From: an uncultured Rhodobacterales bacterium
GTDB taxonomy: Bacteria; Pseudomonadota; Alphaproteobacteria; Rhodobacterales; Rhodobacteraceae
Assembly: GCA_963976475.1 (NCBI GenBank)
Contig: CAXBKX010000016.1
Coordinates: 2,263 to 66,262 of the forward strand
DNA: 64,000 bases
Direction of reading: 5' to 3'
Below are positions 49,611-58,470 of this stretch, in pieces (position 1 is the stretch's first letter; each line of letters begins with the position of its first letter). The notes below the pieces were generated by a model. The model saw only the letters and a program-made list of their open reading frames with translations, was not told the origin of the DNA and did no database searches. A program made the translations under genes and the position numbers.

Positions 49611-50713
49611 TGGATGCCATGCCAAAATGGGCCGATGTGGTCCTGATCCCGCTGATCTCCCTGATCCTCGCGGCCATCTTGTCGGCGCTTGTCATCCTCG
49701 CCATTGGTGAAAGCCCGACAGAGGCGCTCTTGCTCATGATCGACGGCGCGCTTGGGTCAACCTATGGCTGGGGCTATACGCTGTATTACGCCACCAACTT
49801 CATCTTCACCGGGCTTGCGGTCTCGGTGGCGTTCCATGCGCGCATGTTCAATATCGGCGGCGAAGGACAGGCCATGCTCGGCGGCCTTGGCGTCGCCCTT
49901 GTGGCGATCTACATCCCTTGGCCACATTGGTCGCTGGCCTTGCTGGGCGGCACCGTCGCTGCGGCACTTTTCGGGGCGGCTTGGGCTGCGATTCCGGCCT
50001 ATTTGCAAGCCAGACGCGGCAGTCACATCGTGATCACCACGATCATGTTCAACTTCATCGCCGCCGCCCTGCTCAACTACCTGCTGATTGGTGCGCTGAA
50101 ACCAAAAGGGTCGATGGAACCCGCAACCGGCAAATTCCCCGAGGCCACAAACCTGCCCAACATGAGCGACGTCTTGGGCGCATTCGGCATCGAATTTTCC
50201 AAAGCCGCCCCTGCAAACATCACGTTTTTCGTAGCCATCGCCGCCTGTGTCGGGGTCTGGGCCCTGATCTGGCACACCAAACTGGGCTATGAAATCCGCG
50301 CCTACGGACACTCGGAATCCGCGGCCAAATACGCCGGCATCAGCCCGACGAAAATCATCATGGTCTCGATGCTGATCTCGGGCGGACTTGCCGGCATGAT
50401 GGCGATCAACAACGTGCAAGGCGAGGCCGAACGGCTGGTGCTGAACGCAGTCGAAGGCGCGGGCTTCATCGGCATCGCCGTGGCGCTGATGGGGCGCAGC
50501 CACCCGTTCGGGGTGTTCCTCGCCGCGATCCTGTTCGGATTCCTCTACCAAGGCGGCGCGGAACTTGCGCTGTGGACCAAAATCCCGCGCGAAATGATCG
50601 TCGTGATCCAAGCCTTGGTCATCCTGTTCACAGGGGCCCTCGATGACATGGTGCGGATGCCGCTGGAACGGGCCTTTCTCGCCGCCAAACGCCGCAAAAG
50701 GGAGACCGCATAA
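49610..50713 (+). CDS. Nucleoside ABC transporter permease
   Basis: FNIGGEGQ, HIVITTIMFN, SGGLAG, GFIGIAVALMGR. Confidence 0.92.
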   Translation: MDAMPKWADVVLIPLISLILAAILSALVILAIGESPTEALLLMIDGALGSTYGWGYTLYYATNFIFTGLAVSVAFHARMFNIGGEGQAMLGGLGVALVAIYIPWPHWSLALLGGTVAAALFGAAWAAIPAYLQARRGSHIVITTIMFNFIAAALLNYLLIGALKPKGSMEPATGKFPEATNLPNMSDVLGAFGIEFSKAAPANITFFVAIAACVGVWALIWHTKLGYEIRAYGHSESAAKYAGISPTKIIMVSMLISGGLAGMMAINNVQGEAERLVLNAVEGAGFIGIAVALMGRSHPFGVFLAAILFGFLYQGGAELALWTKIPREMIVVIQALVILFTGALDDMVRMPLERAFLAAKRRKRETA

Positions 50714-51681
50714 TGGATCTGCTGACACTCCTGCAAGTGCTCGACAGCACCGTGCGTCTGGCCACACCTTTGCTTCTGGCTTGCCTCGCGGGGTTGTTTT
50801 CCGAACGCGCCGGTATCTTTGACATCGGGCTCGAGGGCAAAATGCTTGCTGCCGCATTCCTTTCCGCCGCGGTGGCCTTTACCACAGGCTCCGCTTGGCT
50901 GGGCCTTCTGGCGGGAATCGGTGCCTCGCTGGCTCTCTCGGCGATCCACGGTCTGGCCTCGATCACATTCCGCGGCAACCAGCTTATCTCGGGCGTGGCG
51001 ATCAACTTTCTCGCCGCCGGCCTCTCGGTCGTTGCCGCTCAAAGCTGGTTTGGCCAGGGCGGACGCACACCGCAACTGGCAGGCTCGGCGCGTTTTGAAC
51101 CGATCACCCTGCCCTTCGCCGATGCCCTGCGCGACATCCCCTTGCTGGGACCAATCTACTTTGAGCTGATCTCGGGGCAAACCGTGCTGGTCTATATCGC
51201 GCTTCTGACGGTGCCGCTGACGTGGTGGGTGCTTTATGCCACGCGCTTTGGCCTGCGCCTGCGGGCGGTTGGCGAAAATCCGGCGGCAGTCGACACTGCT
51301 GGCGTCTCGGTCGTCGGGATGCGCTATGCAGCCGTCGCAATCTGCGGCGTGCTCTGCGGCCTCGCGGGGGCCTATCTTGCCACTGCTTTGCAAGCAGGCT
51401 TTGTCAAAGACATGAGCGCCGGACGCGGCTATATCGCCCTCGCGGCGTTGATCTTTGCCAAATGGCGGCCCTGGTATGCGCTCTACGCCACGCTGTTGTT
51501 CGGTTTCCTGCAAGCCTTGGCTTTGCGGCCCGATCTGATCACTGGCGTTGTCGGCTTCAAGGTCAACGCGCAACTTCTCGACGTGCTGCCCTATATCCTG
51601 ACGGTGATCATTCTGGCAGGGTTTGTCGGCAAAGCCATCCCACCGCGTGCCGGCGGCGAGCCCTACATCAAAGAACGCTAA
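50713..51681 (+). CDS. Nucleoside ABC transporter permease
   Basis: SERAGIFDIGLEG, GLRLRAVGENP, AGRGYIALAALIFAKW, PYILT. Confidence 0.92.
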   Translation: MDLLTLLQVLDSTVRLATPLLLACLAGLFSERAGIFDIGLEGKMLAAAFLSAAVAFTTGSAWLGLLAGIGASLALSAIHGLASITFRGNQLISGVAINFLAAGLSVVAAQSWFGQGGRTPQLAGSARFEPITLPFADALRDIPLLGPIYFELISGQTVLVYIALLTVPLTWWVLYATRFGLRLRAVGENPAAVDTAGVSVVGMRYAAVAICGVLCGLAGAYLATALQAGFVKDMSAGRGYIALAALIFAKWRPWYALYATLLFGFLQALALRPDLITGVVGFKVNAQLLDVLPYILTVIILAGFVGKAIPPRAGGEPYIKER

Positions 51682-51710
51682 GTCCAGAAAGACATTGCCA
51701 ATATATCCAA

Positions 51711-51751
51711 TCTGGCCGGAATTGCCCCTAGGGCCATAATTTCCGGCCAGA
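51711..51751. other. Long intergenic hairpin
   Basis: tctggccggaa...ttccggccaga perfect 11-bp arms with inner gccc-cta-gggc. Confidence 0.5.
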
Positions 51752-51821
51752 GGGGTTTGACATAGGCGGGCGAAAGGGTTTTGGTGTCACCAGCGGCCAC
51801 GCCCTCCAGCCGGGACAACAT

Positions 51822-52727
51822 ATGCAAACTTACCTCCCTATCGCCGAAGTTTCGGTGAACGCCTTTCTATTATTAGGGCTTGGGGGGATCGTGGGCTTGC
51901 TGTCGGGCATGTTCGGCGTTGGCGGCGGCTTCCTTCTGACTCCGCTGCTGTTCTTCATCGGCATTCCCCCCGCCGTGGCCGTGGCCACAGGTGCCACCCA
52001 GATTGTGGCCTCATCGGTCTCCGGGCTTCTGGCGCACCTCAAACGTAAAACAGTCGATCTGCGCATGGGCACCGTCCTGCTTGTGGGCGGGTTGATCGGG
52101 GCGGCTTTGGGGATATTGCTGTTCAACTACCTGCGCTCGTTGGGACAGGTCGACCTGCTTGTGACCCTGTTCTACGTCGTCTTTCTGGGCATCATCGGCA
52201 CCCTGATGTTTGTCGAAAGCCTGCGGGCGATCCGCAAGTCCGGCAAGATGCGCACGCGGCGCAAACACAACTGGATCCACAACCTGCCCTTCAAGATGAA
52301 ATTCCGCGTCTCGGGGCTCTATATCTCCGTCGTGCCACCGATTCTGGTCGGCGTGCTTGTGGGTGTCCTTGCGGCAATCATGGGCGTGGGGGGCGGGTTC
52401 ATCATGGTGCCTGCAATGATCTACCTGCTGGGGATGCCAACCAAGGTTGTGATCGGCACCTCGCTGTTCCAGATCATATTTGTCACCGCCTTCACCACTC
52501 TGCTCCATGCTACGACCAATAACACCGTCGACATTGTTCTGGCGGTTTTCCTGCTGATCGGCGGGGTCATCGGCGCGCAGTTCGGCACGCGGATCGGCTT
52601 GAAACTCAAGGCCGAACAATTGCGGATTTTGCTGGCACTTCTGGTGCTTGCCGTCGGCTTCAAGCTCGCGCTTGATCTGCTGATAGAACCCGCCGAACTC
52701 TACTCTATCTCCACAGGGAGGCTCTGA
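51822..52727 (+). CDS. TauE/SafE family sulfite exporter
   Basis: GMFGVGGGFLLTP and repeated GVGGGFIMVP, VVIGTSLFQ. Confidence 0.92.
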   Translation: MQTYLPIAEVSVNAFLLLGLGGIVGLLSGMFGVGGGFLLTPLLFFIGIPPAVAVATGATQIVASSVSGLLAHLKRKTVDLRMGTVLLVGGLIGAALGILLFNYLRSLGQVDLLVTLFYVVFLGIIGTLMFVESLRAIRKSGKMRTRRKHNWIHNLPFKMKFRVSGLYISVVPPILVGVLVGVLAAIMGVGGGFIMVPAMIYLLGMPTKVVIGTSLFQIIFVTAFTTLLHATTNNTVDIVLAVFLLIGGVIGAQFGTRIGLKLKAEQLRILLALLVLAVGFKLALDLLIEPAELYSISTGRL

Positions 52728-53476
52728 TGCTGCGCCTTGTGATCGCCTTTATCTTCAGTTGGACAGCGCTCGCAGCCCAAGAGGAAATCGTGCTGGGGCT
52801 AAGCCGGGATCAAGTCGCTATCACTGCGACATTTGAAGGCTCCGAAATCCTGATCTTCGGTGCAATCCGGCGTGACAGCCCCCTGCCATTGGGCGACCTG
52901 GGGGTCATCGTGACCGTCGCGGGACCAAGCACGCCCGTGGTGGTACGGCGCAAAGAACGCCGCTTGGGCATCTGGGTCAACGCGGTGGACGTCAAAATCG
53001 ATGCGGCCCCCTCGTTTTACGCAGTTGCCAGCAGTGGCACATTAACCGATAACCTGCGCGCCTCAGAAGACTTGCTCTACCGTATCAGCCACCCGCAAAT
53101 GATCCGTGATGTGGGCAATAACGTCTTGGACAGCCGTAGCTTTTCGCGCGCATTGATGCGGATCCGTCAAGAAAACGGGCTTTACCTGCAACAGGAAAAC
53201 AGCGTGAACCTGTCCCGCGATACCCTGTTCAACACCAGCATCTCGTTGCCCGCAAATCTGACCGAAGGCAATTATACAACCCGTATCTTCCTGACCCGCG
53301 ACGGCACTGTTGTCGATACCTATACCGCAACAATTCCGGTCCAGAAGGTCGGGCTGGAACGCTGGCTCTACACGCTCGCCCAGGAACAGGCTTTGCTTTA
53401 CGGGCTGTTGTCGCTTCTGATCGCAATCTCTGCGGGCTGGGGCGCCTCGGCGGTTTTCGGACTGTTGCGGCGCTAA
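52727..53476 (+). CDS. TIGR02186 family conserved membrane protein
   Basis: ITATFEGSEILIFGAI, RRKERRLGIWVN, KVGLER; customary partner of TauE. Confidence 0.85.
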   Translation: MLRLVIAFIFSWTALAAQEEIVLGLSRDQVAITATFEGSEILIFGAIRRDSPLPLGDLGVIVTVAGPSTPVVVRRKERRLGIWVNAVDVKIDAAPSFYAVASSGTLTDNLRASEDLLYRISHPQMIRDVGNNVLDSRSFSRALMRIRQENGLYLQQENSVNLSRDTLFNTSISLPANLTEGNYTTRIFLTRDGTVVDTYTATIPVQKVGLERWLYTLAQEQALLYGLLSLLIAISAGWGASAVFGLLRR

Positions 53477-55002
53477 TCCACCTCGGGGGCGGTCAATTCC
53501 AACGCCACCGCAGGCGTGTGTAAATCATCGACCGTCAATGTGCCCGTCGGGCGGGCCAGACGGTTGCGCACGACCCAGCGCAATTGCGTCTCGGCGCGGG
53601 TTATGGCGACATAGGCCAGACGTTTCCACAGCGGCTGCCCCGCCTCGACGCGGCCCATGCGGGCGGCAATCTCGATGTCAGGCGCAAACACCTGCACAGT
53701 GTCCCACTGACTGCCCTGCGCCTTATGGATCGTCACCGCAGCCCCGTGCAAAAACGTGGCTCCCATGCGTGCGGCAAAGGGAATAAACGGCTCGGCGTCG
53801 CCCTCTTGTTCGATCTTCACAATCGACGCCGCACTGACCTGCGGGTCCTCGGCGCCCATCACATGCAAGCGGCTAAATCCGGGCTTGCGCCCTGGTCCAA
53901 GATAGATAACCTGCGCGCCCTTGATCAGACCTCTGGCCTCCAGATCGAGCCGTTTCTTGCGGTGCTTCACCGGCAATTCGATACCATCGCATATCAACGG
54001 CTCGCCTGCCAACAGCTCGTCAACAGGCGCATCAAACGCCGCGCGAAACGCATGGATCAGCCGGATGCGCGTGGCATTGCGCCAAACAAGGACCGGACTG
54101 CGCGCCATCAAATCCGCCTCGACCCTTTGGGCCATCACCACCCGCTCGTCGCGCGCTGCGGCCTCTGCGACCATCTTTTCAAACGCATAAAAATCGACCA
54201 TCGGATCAGCCAGCGCATGGGCCAGATCCAAAATCGGATTGCCCGCATCCTGACGGTGCACGCGCGACAAGGCCTTCACCTTCTGCGGCGGCAATGTCTC
54301 GAACACCATACCTCCTGATGTCTGCACGGGGGGCAATTGCGCCGGATCACCAAACAAGATCAGCGTCGGAAAAATCTCTTGCAGGTCTTCGAATTGCTTT
54401 GCATCCAGCATCGAGCTTTCATCGACGAACCCGATGTCCAGGCCCTCCTCGCGGCGCTTCCAGCCAGTGATAAAATCAGACCCCCGCAGCCCCGCCGCAG
54501 CCAAGGCCGCCGGCACCGACTTATGGGTTTGATAACTGAAAAACGCGCGGTCCAGCGCAACATCGGTCAGCCCCTCGATCTCGGGGCGCTCGCCTTGGCC
54601 CGCCAGCCATTCGGCCACTTTTTCATACTCGGGATCATAAACAGGCGTGTAGAGAATCCGGTGGATCGTGGTCGCGGGCACGCCGTGGTTTCGCAACACA
54701 GATGCGGCCTTATTGGTCGGGGCCAAAATCGCCAAAGTCCTGCGATCCTTGCGCTTTTTACCCTCCCAATCACCAGACACCACATCAACGCCGGCCTCTT
54801 GCAATGCCTCGAACAAACGCGCGAGCAACATCGTCTTGCCCGATCCGGCCTTGCCGATCACCGCCATCACCGATGACGCATCCGACGGCGGCCCCATCAG
54901 CAAACTGTCCTCCAGATCCACACCGGACTGGCGCAACATCGCGGCCACGGTGTCCCAAGCCTCGGCTTGATCGTCGGAAAAAATAATCGGCGGTTTGCTC
55001 AT
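53473..55002 (-). CDS. RecD-like SF1B helicase / ATP-dependent exoDNase alpha-subunit family
   Basis: GKAGSGKT, LAPTNKAA, TIHR, VDESSM, GDPAQLPPV, TIHKAQGSQW, YVAITRA. Confidence 0.9.
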   Translation of the reverse strand: MSKPPIIFSDDQAEAWDTVAAMLRQSGVDLEDSLLMGPPSDASSVMAVIGKAGSGKTMLLARLFEALQEAGVDVVSGDWEGKKRKDRRTLAILAPTNKAASVLRNHGVPATTIHRILYTPVYDPEYEKVAEWLAGQGERPEIEGLTDVALDRAFFSYQTHKSVPAALAAAGLRGSDFITGWKRREEGLDIGFVDESSMLDAKQFEDLQEIFPTLILFGDPAQLPPVQTSGGMVFETLPPQKVKALSRVHRQDAGNPILDLAHALADPMVDFYAFEKMVAEAAARDERVVMAQRVEADLMARSPVLVWRNATRIRLIHAFRAAFDAPVDELLAGEPLICDGIELPVKHRKKRLDLEARGLIKGAQVIYLGPGRKPGFSRLHVMGAEDPQVSAASIVKIEQEGDAEPFIPFAARMGATFLHGAAVTIHKAQGSQWDTVQVFAPDIEIAARMGRVEAGQPLWKRLAYVAITRAETQLRWVVRNRLARPTGTLTVDDLHTPAVALELTAPEVD

Positions 55003-55151
55003 GGCGCGACACTACCCGCCCGCGCCTGCCACTGCCAGCCATTAAGCGTGTCGGGTCCTACCTGCGCCCGCACTGACCCGAAGTGCTGTGCGACATGTGA
55101 CTGTAGCGGGCGTTTCGAGAACCGCTGCAAGTCAGCTTTTCTCGAAACGCT

Positions 55152-55784
55152 TTAAGCGGCCAGTGCGCGCCTTATCGGAAACCCGAATGACCGGGCAAAC
55201 CAATGCTCTGACAGATCGCTTGACACGCCCGCGCGACGCAACACTTTCAACCGGTCCTCGGGGCGAAACGCCCATAGCCCGACGCTAATTTTATCGCGCC
55301 CCTCGCCCATGCTCCCCAAGACCTCCGGCGCAGCGCCGATCATGTTATAAATCCGCACCATCCGCACATCAAAAACCCCCAGAAGGCGGGTCAAACCGAA
55401 TGCGCGCATCACCTCTCCGCCCGCCAACATCAACGCCCCCGCCACATGGACACCCGCGCCCTGTGCGATACAAAATCGCGTGCATTCCCAAATCAGATCA
55501 CTGCGAATATCGACGCCCTGCAACAGGCCCGCAAAATGATCCTGCACCATCGTGCGCCCCGACATGGGCAAAAACCGCATCGACCCGCCGTGGCTGCCAT
55601 CAGGCTGCTGCCAGATCACATAAAGCGGGTTCATCGCATCATACGCGTCACGCTCATAGCCATCACCATCCACCGTCACATCCCACTTCATCCGGTCGCG
55701 AAACTGGCTAGCGCGGTCGCGGTGCATGGTGTCTCGCAGACGGGGGAAATGGTGCAAGTCCCTGCCATAAATATACCGAAGCAT
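55152..55784 (-). CDS. luxI: Acyl-homoserine lactone synthase, LuxI family
   Basis: R..QFRDRMKW, ERDAYD, GSMRFLP, IWECTRFC. Confidence 0.93.
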   Translation of the reverse strand: MLRYIYGRDLHHFPRLRDTMHRDRASQFRDRMKWDVTVDGDGYERDAYDAMNPLYVIWQQPDGSHGGSMRFLPMSGRTMVQDHFAGLLQGVDIRSDLIWECTRFCIAQGAGVHVAGALMLAGGEVMRAFGLTRLLGVFDVRMVRIYNMIGAAPEVLGSMGEGRDKISVGLWAFRPEDRLKVLRRAGVSSDLSEHWFARSFGFPIRRALAA

Positions 55785-55840
55785 GTCGATCGTTCCCCCG
55801 CTGCTGATCCAGCTGCGAAAGTCGATGATACCCGCTAAGA

Positions 55841-55882
55841 ATGGTTAAATGCGCCGAGACTGCGGCTTAAGCTTGCGTTAAC
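55841..55882 (-). promoter_or_regulatory. CtrA box (TTAA-N7-TTAAC, 55867-55882) and half-site (TTAACCAT, 55841-55848) upstream of luxI
   Basis: ttaa-gcttgcg-ttaac overlaps the luxR stop; atggttaa is the reverse complement of TTAACCAT. Confidence 0.7.
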
Positions 55883-56660
55883 GCGCCGCCGTCGGAGACA
55901 TCTGACGGCCAGGCCAATTCCCCGGTGCCGCACGCGCCGCGCCGCCGATTAAAATCAGACCTTCCGACAGTGCGCGCGCCACCGCATGTGTCGTGTTCAA
56001 GGCCCCCAACTTGAACCTCGCACTCTCGATATAGGCGCGCAAGGTATGCTCTGAAATCGACAGCATCTCCGACACCTGACCACGGCTATAGCCCATCGCC
56101 AAAAAGGTCAGCGCATCGGTCTCGCGGGGGGATAAGGCGCGCACCGGCTCGGGTGCTCGGCCCTGCTCCAGTTTCAATGCTTTTTGGTTCAGGAAATGCG
56201 CAATCAGGATCAGATCACGCTGCCTTGCCGCCGTAAATGCGGCCCAGGTGTCATCATCCGCCGTATGCGACATGGTGAACAGGGCAAACTGCCCGTTGGG
56301 GCCACGGATCGGAATCGAAAACCCCTGATTGCCCACGCCATGCGCAATCGCGTCTTTCTGAAACGCCCGTGCGGCGCGCGACGTCCAATCCAACCGCTTC
56401 CAATCAACCGGGTGAAACCGTTGGAAACACCCCAAAACCACTGGATCGATGCGCAGATATTCACTGTCTATATAGTGCTGCACCCACGCCGGATCATAGG
56501 TGCCATAGCCGTATTGCTCGCCATCCGCGCTGACCCAATGATAAACGATATGGTCAACACCAAGACTATCGCGCAATCCGATGATCAGGTCTTGAATCTG
56601 ATCAAGAGCCTCTGCTTGCTCCAGCCTGTGCAAAAATTGATCCAGTTTCAGCGCTCTCAC
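55878..56660 (-). CDS. luxR: LuxR family AHL-binding transcriptional regulator
   Basis: TYDPAWVQHY, YLRIDPVV, PVDW, GPNGQFA; C-terminal HTH LSPRE...ISEHTLRAYIESARFKL. Confidence 0.93.
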   Translation of the reverse strand: MRALKLDQFLHRLEQAEALDQIQDLIIGLRDSLGVDHIVYHWVSADGEQYGYGTYDPAWVQHYIDSEYLRIDPVVLGCFQRFHPVDWKRLDWTSRAARAFQKDAIAHGVGNQGFSIPIRGPNGQFALFTMSHTADDDTWAAFTAARQRDLILIAHFLNQKALKLEQGRAPEPVRALSPRETDALTFLAMGYSRGQVSEMLSISEHTLRAYIESARFKLGALNTTHAVARALSEGLILIGGAARAAPGNWPGRQMSPTAAR

Positions 56661-56817
56661 CCCGCACCGTCACCGGTGCCCTTTCGGACCACTGCGCAAG
56701 CTCCGCTTCAGCAACCAAACTCGTCTCGTCAAGTTGAACGGCCAATAGCGGAAGGTCGTTCTTCTGAGCAAAGTTTTTCAGGTCTGCGAGGACGCCGATG
56801 ATCCAGTCATTTCCCAT
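56602..56817 (-). CDS. Small hypothetical protein (71 aa) overlapping the luxR start
   Basis: AGGAGG RBS; amphipathic N-terminus WIIGVLADLKNFAQKNDLPLLAVQLDE. Confidence 0.8.
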   Translation of the reverse strand: MGNDWIIGVLADLKNFAQKNDLPLLAVQLDETSLVAEAELAQWSERAPVTVRGESAETGSIFAQAGASRGS

Positions 56818-56837
56818 GATTAACCTCCTAGGATATC

Positions 56838-56854
56838 GTTAACGAAGTGTTAAC
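56838..56854. promoter_or_regulatory. Perfect CtrA box GTTAAC-N5-GTTAAC (TTAA-N7-TTAAC on both strands)
   Basis: gttaacgaagtgttaac about 20 nt upstream of the small gene; extra TTAAC half-sites at 56820 and 56871. Confidence 0.75.
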
Positions 56855-56961
56855 AACCTATGGTAGCATCTTAACTTTCAATGAAATACCCACTCCTTTA
56901 CCCCCCCCATTTATAGCGGGTCGCGCAAATCAGAAGATATTGATCTCAAACAGGGCAAGCC

Positions 56962-56994
56962 AAAAAGCAAAACGCCGGCCTGATTTGGCCGACG
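56962..56994 (-). terminator. Rho-independent terminator of ccrA
   Basis: Minus strand cgtcggcc-aaatca-ggccggcg-ttttgcttttt. Confidence 0.7.
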
Positions 56995-57021
56995 CTCCCT
57001 TCAGGCCCCTTCGCGCGCCAT

Positions 57022-58311
57022 TTACGTCCGCGATTCGACCACCGCATCTTCCAGCGTGCGCAACCCGGTTTTCGGGCTTTGCACCAGCACCGCCATATTG
57101 CCGGGCTTATGCTCGTTGCGGCGCATCTTGGTATGCGCCGCAGGGATATCCGCCCAGCCAAATACCTCCGACATGCACGGGTCCAAACGGCGCTCGACCA
57201 TCAACTTATTGGCCGAGGCCGCCTGCTTGAGATTGGCAAAGTGACTGCCTTGCAACCGCTTTTGATGCATCCACATATAGCGCACATCAAACGTCAGGTT
57301 ATAGCCCGTCGTGCCCGCACAAATCACCACCATGCCGCCGCGCTTGCACACAAATGTCGACACCGGGAACGTGGCCTCACCGGGGTGCTCGAACACCATA
57401 TCAACGTTGTTGCCCTTGCCGGTGATCTCCCAGATCGCCTTGCCAAACTTGCGGGTCTCGGTGAACCATTCCTTATACTCGGGCGTATTCACGGTGGGCA
57501 TCTGGCCCCAACAGTTGAAATCCTTGCGGTTGATCACCCCCTTGGCCCCCAAAGACATCACAAACTCCCGCTTGTCCTCCTCGGATATCACCCCGATCGC
57601 ATTGGCACCCGCAGTATTGATCAACTGGATGGCATAAGACCCCAGGCCACCAGAGGCCCCCCAGACCAACACGTTCTGACCCGGCTTCAACTCGTGCGGA
57701 TGATGGCCAAACAACATCCGGTACGCCGTGGCCAGCGTCAGGGTGTAACAGGCACTCTCTTCCCATGTCAGATGGCGAGGGCGCGGCATCAACTGCTGCG
57801 ACTGCACGCAGGTAAACTGCGCAAACGACCCGTCAGGCGTCTCATAACCCCAAATCCGCTGGCTCTCGGAAAACATCGGATCACCGCCGTTGCACTCCTC
57901 GTCATCGCCATCATCCTGATTGCAATGGATAACCACCTCGTCGCCAACCTTCCAGCGCTTGACCTTGTCACCCACCGCCCAGACGATCCCCGACGCATCA
58001 GAGCCCGCAATATGATACTGAGCCTTATGCACATCAAACGGGCTGATCGGAATACCAAGCCCCGCCCAGACGCCGTTGTAATTCACACCTGCCGCCATCA
58101 CCATCACCAGCACCTCGTGGCTGTCGGGTTTGGGGCAATCGACCACTTCAACCTCGAACGCCTTTTCGGGCTCGCCGTGGCGCTCGCGACGAATGGTCCA
58201 TGCATACATCTGATCGGGCACATGACCCAAGGGCGGCATTTCACCGACCTCATACAGCGGCTTTTGAGGGGCATCATAAGGTGCAGCGGTCGGTTGAGTA
58301 TCCAAAGCCAT
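57022..58311 (-). CDS. ccrA: Crotonyl-CoA carboxylase/reductase
   Basis: MAAGVNYNGVWA, HIAGSDASG, IWGYETPDGSFAQF, WGASGGLG, WMHQKRLQGSHFAN. Confidence 0.96.
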   Translation of the reverse strand: MALDTQPTAAPYDAPQKPLYEVGEMPPLGHVPDQMYAWTIRRERHGEPEKAFEVEVVDCPKPDSHEVLVMVMAAGVNYNGVWAGLGIPISPFDVHKAQYHIAGSDASGIVWAVGDKVKRWKVGDEVVIHCNQDDGDDEECNGGDPMFSESQRIWGYETPDGSFAQFTCVQSQQLMPRPRHLTWEESACYTLTLATAYRMLFGHHPHELKPGQNVLVWGASGGLGSYAIQLINTAGANAIGVISEEDKREFVMSLGAKGVINRKDFNCWGQMPTVNTPEYKEWFTETRKFGKAIWEITGKGNNVDMVFEHPGEATFPVSTFVCKRGGMVVICAGTTGYNLTFDVRYMWMHQKRLQGSHFANLKQAASANKLMVERRLDPCMSEVFGWADIPAAHTKMRRNEHKPGNMAVLVQSPKTGLRTLEDAVVESRT

Positions 58312-58340
58312 TTGCGTCTCCATCAGGCGAAAAATCACAT

Positions 58341-58470
58341 TTATGCCGCAACGCAGTATCGCGGCGTTGATCTATGGATAACGGGTGATCAAGAAACTTT
58401 GCAACCCCAAACGGACCAATTTTGTAATTTAATTACTCTGCAACCGCAGAAATTTCCGCTGCGTCTGCAT
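58341..58470. promoter_or_regulatory. TGC/GCA dyad motifs (PhaR-like) upstream of ccrA
   Basis: CTGC-aacc-GCAG (58438-58449), CTGC-gtct-GCAT (58459-58470), atgccgcaacgcag (58343-58356). Confidence 0.4.
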
